Source of the DNA: Terriglobia bacterium
Lineage (GTDB): Bacteria; Acidobacteriota; Terriglobia; 20CM-2-55-15
Assembly: GCA_965198225.1 (NCBI GenBank)
Contig: CBDAOY010000009.1
Location: 1,088,001-1,152,000 of the forward strand
DNA length: 64,000 bases
Reading direction: 5' to 3'
Shown here piece by piece: positions 60,883-64,000 of the stretch. The position numbers and the translations under genes were made by a program. The notes beneath the pieces were generated by a model. It was not told the DNA's origin and did not search any database. It was given only the letters and a program-made list of their open reading frames with translations. Numbering within the stretch: the stretch's first letter is position 1; every line of letters begins with the position of its first letter.

Positions 60883-62011
60883 GATAGAGCTTCCGACGCG
60901 GGTGCTGTACGGCCCAGGTGCCCTCGATCAAATCGGCGCCCTCGCCCGCGACCTGGGTTTCAACCGCACACTGGTCGTATCCGATCCCGGTATCACCGAA
61001 GCCGGGTATTTTGACCGTGCCGTCCGCCTGCTCGAAGACGCCGGCATCCATGTCGTCGGCTACCACGATTTCAGCGACAACCCGGACTCCGATTCCATCG
61101 AAAAGGGTCGGGCCTTCGTCGAACCCCATGATGTCGATTCGATCGTGGGCCTCGGAGGCGGGAGCTCGATGGACTGCGCCAAAGGCGTCAACTTCCTGCT
61201 GACAAACGGCGGCCGGATGCAGGATTACCGGGGCTACGACAAAGCGTCGCAGCCGATGCTCCCGATGATCGGGGTACCGACAACGGCGGGAACGGGCAGC
61301 GAGGCGCAGAGCTACGCGCTTATTTCCGACGCTGAGACGCATGTGAAGATGGCCTGCGGAGATCCGAAAGCCGCGTTTCGAGTAGCCATCCTCGATCCGG
61401 AATTGACTCTGACCCAGCCGCGGGCCGTCCGGGCCGCAGCCGGGTATGACGCCATTTCACACGTCGTGGAGACACGGGTGACGACGAAGCGGACCGACAC
61501 GTCGGTGAGGTTCACGAGGAAGGCCGCCCCGCTATTGCTGGGGAGTTTCGAGAGTGTGATCGAGCATCCAGACAACATCCAGGCCAACGGAGATATGCTA
61601 CTGGGAGCGTTCTATGCCGGGGCGGCGATCGAACACTCGATGCTCGGCGCGACCCACGCCTGCGCGAACCCGCTCACGGCCCGCTACGGCACCGAGCACG
61701 GAGCTGCGATCGCCCACATGCTGCCGCACGTCGTGAGATGGAACGGGATGGTGTGCGGCGACGAGTACGCCGAGCTGGCGGCCGCCGCCGGTCTGGACTG
61801 CGACCGAGAGCAGGCACCGGAAATACTGGCGCAGCGCCTCGAAGGACTTGCCGTGGTCGGCGGTCTCGACACACGACTCCGGACGGTCGGGATCGAGCCC
61901 GAAGAGCTGCCGGACCTGGCCGCAGCCGCCGCCGAACAATGGACCGGGCAGTTCAACCCGCGTCCGTTCGACGAGATGGGAGCGCTGGAGATCTACGAAT
62001 GCGCGCACTGA
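60869..62011 (+). CDS. Iron-containing alcohol dehydrogenase
   Basis: GLGGGSSMDCAK, PTTAGTGSE, DAISHVVE and H...HG metal ligands. Confidence 0.93.
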   Translation: MKALEIELPTRVLYGPGALDQIGALARDLGFNRTLVVSDPGITEAGYFDRAVRLLEDAGIHVVGYHDFSDNPDSDSIEKGRAFVEPHDVDSIVGLGGGSSMDCAKGVNFLLTNGGRMQDYRGYDKASQPMLPMIGVPTTAGTGSEAQSYALISDAETHVKMACGDPKAAFRVAILDPELTLTQPRAVRAAAGYDAISHVVETRVTTKRTDTSVRFTRKAAPLLLGSFESVIEHPDNIQANGDMLLGAFYAGAAIEHSMLGATHACANPLTARYGTEHGAAIAHMLPHVVRWNGMVCGDEYAELAAAAGLDCDREQAPEILAQRLEGLAVVGGLDTRLRTVGIEPEELPDLAAAAAEQWTGQFNPRPFDEMGALEIYECAH

Positions 62012-63108
62012 CAACCCTCCTGATGGTGATGGCGCTGGCTGCTCCCGCGACGCCGCAGCAATCCGCCGCCTCGAGTGACGAGTGGCCCCAGTTTCGTGGT
62101 GGCGCGCAGCTGACGGGTGTCTCGGCCGTGGATTTGTCCGACCGCCTGAGCCTCGCCTGGACCTACGATGCCGGGGAGTCCATAGAGTCCTCGGCCGCCA
62201 TCGTGGGGGGGACGGTTTATGTTGGTTCCCAGTCTGGTGAACTGCATGCCGTGGACCTGGCGACGGGCAAGGCCCGCTGGACCTACGATGCGGGGGAACC
62301 GATCGGGGAGTCCTCACCGGCCGTCGCCGACGGCGCGGTATACATAGGGGACCTGTGGGGCACGGTTCATGCGGTGAGCATCGCCGACGGCAGCGTGCGA
62401 TGGAAGTTCGCGACGGAGAGCGAAATCAAATCATCCCCCGTCGTCGTGGACGGCAAGGTGTTGATCGGCTCCTACGATGGTTTTTTCTACGGGATCGATT
62501 CGGAAACCGGGAAGCTGGCGTGGTCGGTCGAAACCCAGGGGCCTGTACACGCCACGGCTGCGATTGCCGACGACGTTGCCTACATTTCGGGATGCGACGG
62601 CTATCTCCGCGGTATCGGCATCAGCGATGGTTCCGAGGTGTTCAGCATCGACGCAGGAGCCTACACCGGTGCTTCTCCGACACTCGTCGACGACCGGCTC
62701 TACTTCGGTACGTTCGACAACGAGGTGCTGGCGGTCGACCTGAGCGAGCGACGCGCGCTCTGGGTCTACGAACCGGAGCGCCGGTTTCCGTTCTACTCCT
62801 CGGCGGCAGTGGCCGGTGGCCGTGTCGTGGTCGGCGGACGCGACAAGCTCGTCCACGCGCTCGACACCGACACCGGAGAACAGGCCTGGTCGTTCGCGAC
62901 GCGTGCCCGTGTAGATTCCTCGCCAGCCATCGCGGGTGGCCGCGTGTATGTGGGATCGAACGACGGTCGCTTCTACGTGCTGGATCTGGCCACCGGCGAG
63001 AAGCTTTGGGAGTTCGAAGCCGGGGGCCCGATTTCAGCTTCCCCGGCGCTTGGCGACGGCTACGTCGTCATCGGATCGCAGGACGGCCTCCTGTTCGCCT
63101 TCCGATAA
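61999..63108 (+). CDS. Exported PQQ-like beta-propeller protein
   Basis: EWPQFRG; repeated SSPxVxxGxVYxG blades; signal peptide. Confidence 0.87.
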   Translation: MRALTTLLMVMALAAPATPQQSAASSDEWPQFRGGAQLTGVSAVDLSDRLSLAWTYDAGESIESSAAIVGGTVYVGSQSGELHAVDLATGKARWTYDAGEPIGESSPAVADGAVYIGDLWGTVHAVSIADGSVRWKFATESEIKSSPVVVDGKVLIGSYDGFFYGIDSETGKLAWSVETQGPVHATAAIADDVAYISGCDGYLRGIGISDGSEVFSIDAGAYTGASPTLVDDRLYFGTFDNEVLAVDLSERRALWVYEPERRFPFYSSAAVAGGRVVVGGRDKLVHALDTDTGEQAWSFATRARVDSSPAIAGGRVYVGSNDGRFYVLDLATGEKLWEFEAGGPISASPALGDGYVVIGSQDGLLFAFR

Positions 63109-63263
63109 GGGTTGGGTGCCGGGCCCGGTTCTTGGGCCGAACCTTACCCAATGCCGAGTTCCGATTCGCTGAAAAGACCGCTGTTAGTCCGATTCGACTT
63201 CCTGCTTCTCCCGGACTTCCGCCCTCGGACTGACTCGGGCTTGTTAAGTTGACAGTACCCGGG

Positions 63264-64000
63264 TCACAGCAGCTGCGCCAGATCCCGCGGCAGAGGTGAT
63301 TCAAACCTTAGAAGTTCTCCAGACGATGGGTGCTCGAATTGCAAGGAGCTGGCGTGCAATCCCAGTCGCCGGGCGGGATTCGTGCGCGCGTCATATTTGT
63401 GATCGCCGACGATGGGACATTCCGCGTCGGCCAGATGCACCCGGATCTGGTTGCGCCGTCCCGTCTCTGGTGTCAGTTCGATCAACGCGCGGGTCGCGAG
63501 TCGCTTCATCACCCGGTAATGGGTTACAGCTTGGCGAGTTCGCTCGCCGGGAGGAGCGCTGTAGACCTTGAAGGGGCTGCTCTCATCCAGGTGTGACCTC
63601 AGAACGCCGTGGTCGGCTGGTGGATTTCCTTCCACCACTGCCAGGTAGTGTTTTTCTGCCTTGGACCAATGTGCCTGCAGCGCCTGCTTCGCCGCCTCCG
63701 TCTTCGCAAAAACCATCACCCCGGACGTTTCGCGGTCCAACCGGTGGACGATCCACACTCGTTCGGGGCTCTGAGGATTGCCGCGGCGCACGTAGCCAGT
63801 CAGAAAGGCGTAGGCTGTCTTGTCCCGTTCCGTCGCGCTGGCCATGCTCAGCAGATTCTCGGGCTTCTCGATGACAATTAGCGACGCATCCTCAAATAAT
63901 ACTTTCATTCCCCGTGGCAACAGACCTTCTCCGCGCACCTCGCCCTTGACGAGAATCGAAACCAAATCCCCGGTCTGCAGAGGGTGGTTGGAGCGCCTGA
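63264..64000 (-). CDS. RluA family pseudouridine synthase (5' end outside window)
   Basis: VHRLDRETSG, TGRRNQIRVH, PIVGD and LGLHA. Confidence 0.92.
   Translation of the reverse strand, partial: RRSNHPLQTGDLVSILVKGEVRGEGLLPRGMKVLFEDASLIVIEKPENLLSMASATERDKTAYAFLTGYVRRGNPQSPERVWIVHRLDRETSGVMVFAKTEAAKQALQAHWSKAEKHYLAVVEGNPPADHGVLRSHLDESSPFKVYSAPPGERTRQAVTHYRVMKRLATRALIELTPETGRRNQIRVHLADAECPIVGDHKYDARTNPARRLGLHASSLQFEHPSSGELLRFESPLPRDLAQLL

Noticed and set aside
63109-63263. GC-rich stems between convergent genes as possible ncRNA or tRNA
   Set aside because: No cloverleaf or T-loop consensus; more likely terminator-type hairpins

Overview
A GC-rich bacterial chromosomal segment. The gene families (Oar-like TonB receptors, DUF1592/DUF1552/ankyrin operons, quinoprotein plus cytochrome c, PQQ-like propellers) point to Acidobacteriota or a similar lineage; this is an inference. 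From left to right: (1) 0-16 kb, an uptake/hydrolysis region with an SSS symporter, two TonB-dependent receptors, three apparently exported amide hydrolases and a quinoprotein with its diheme cytochrome; (2) 16.7-29.1 kb, two diverged, convergent DUF1592-DUF1552-ankyrin operons enclosing a cytochrome c gene; (3) a SAM methyltransferase plus a desaturase; (4) a YfiR-histidine kinase-receiver-GGDEF/EAL operon; (5) an accessory patch at 37-48 kb with DUF3179, a multiheme ORF in frame after a single TGA, a MITE-like element, a GH19-SH3-CHAP-like hydrolase, a patatin and an RCC1 protein; (6) an argB-H-G-X-C-D-F' operon with divergent argR and tandem ARG boxes; (7) a three-propeller/Fe-ADH operon and a partial RluA gene. 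The best lead is gene X, a DUF1611/DgcN-like protein in an arg operon that lacks argA and argJ and whose ArgF' carries a succinyl-type specificity residue. It is a candidate non-canonical N-acyl-glutamate synthase. Three genes carry single frameshifts. No rRNA, tRNA or CRISPR array was recognised. All family calls come from reading motifs by eye, not from database searches.
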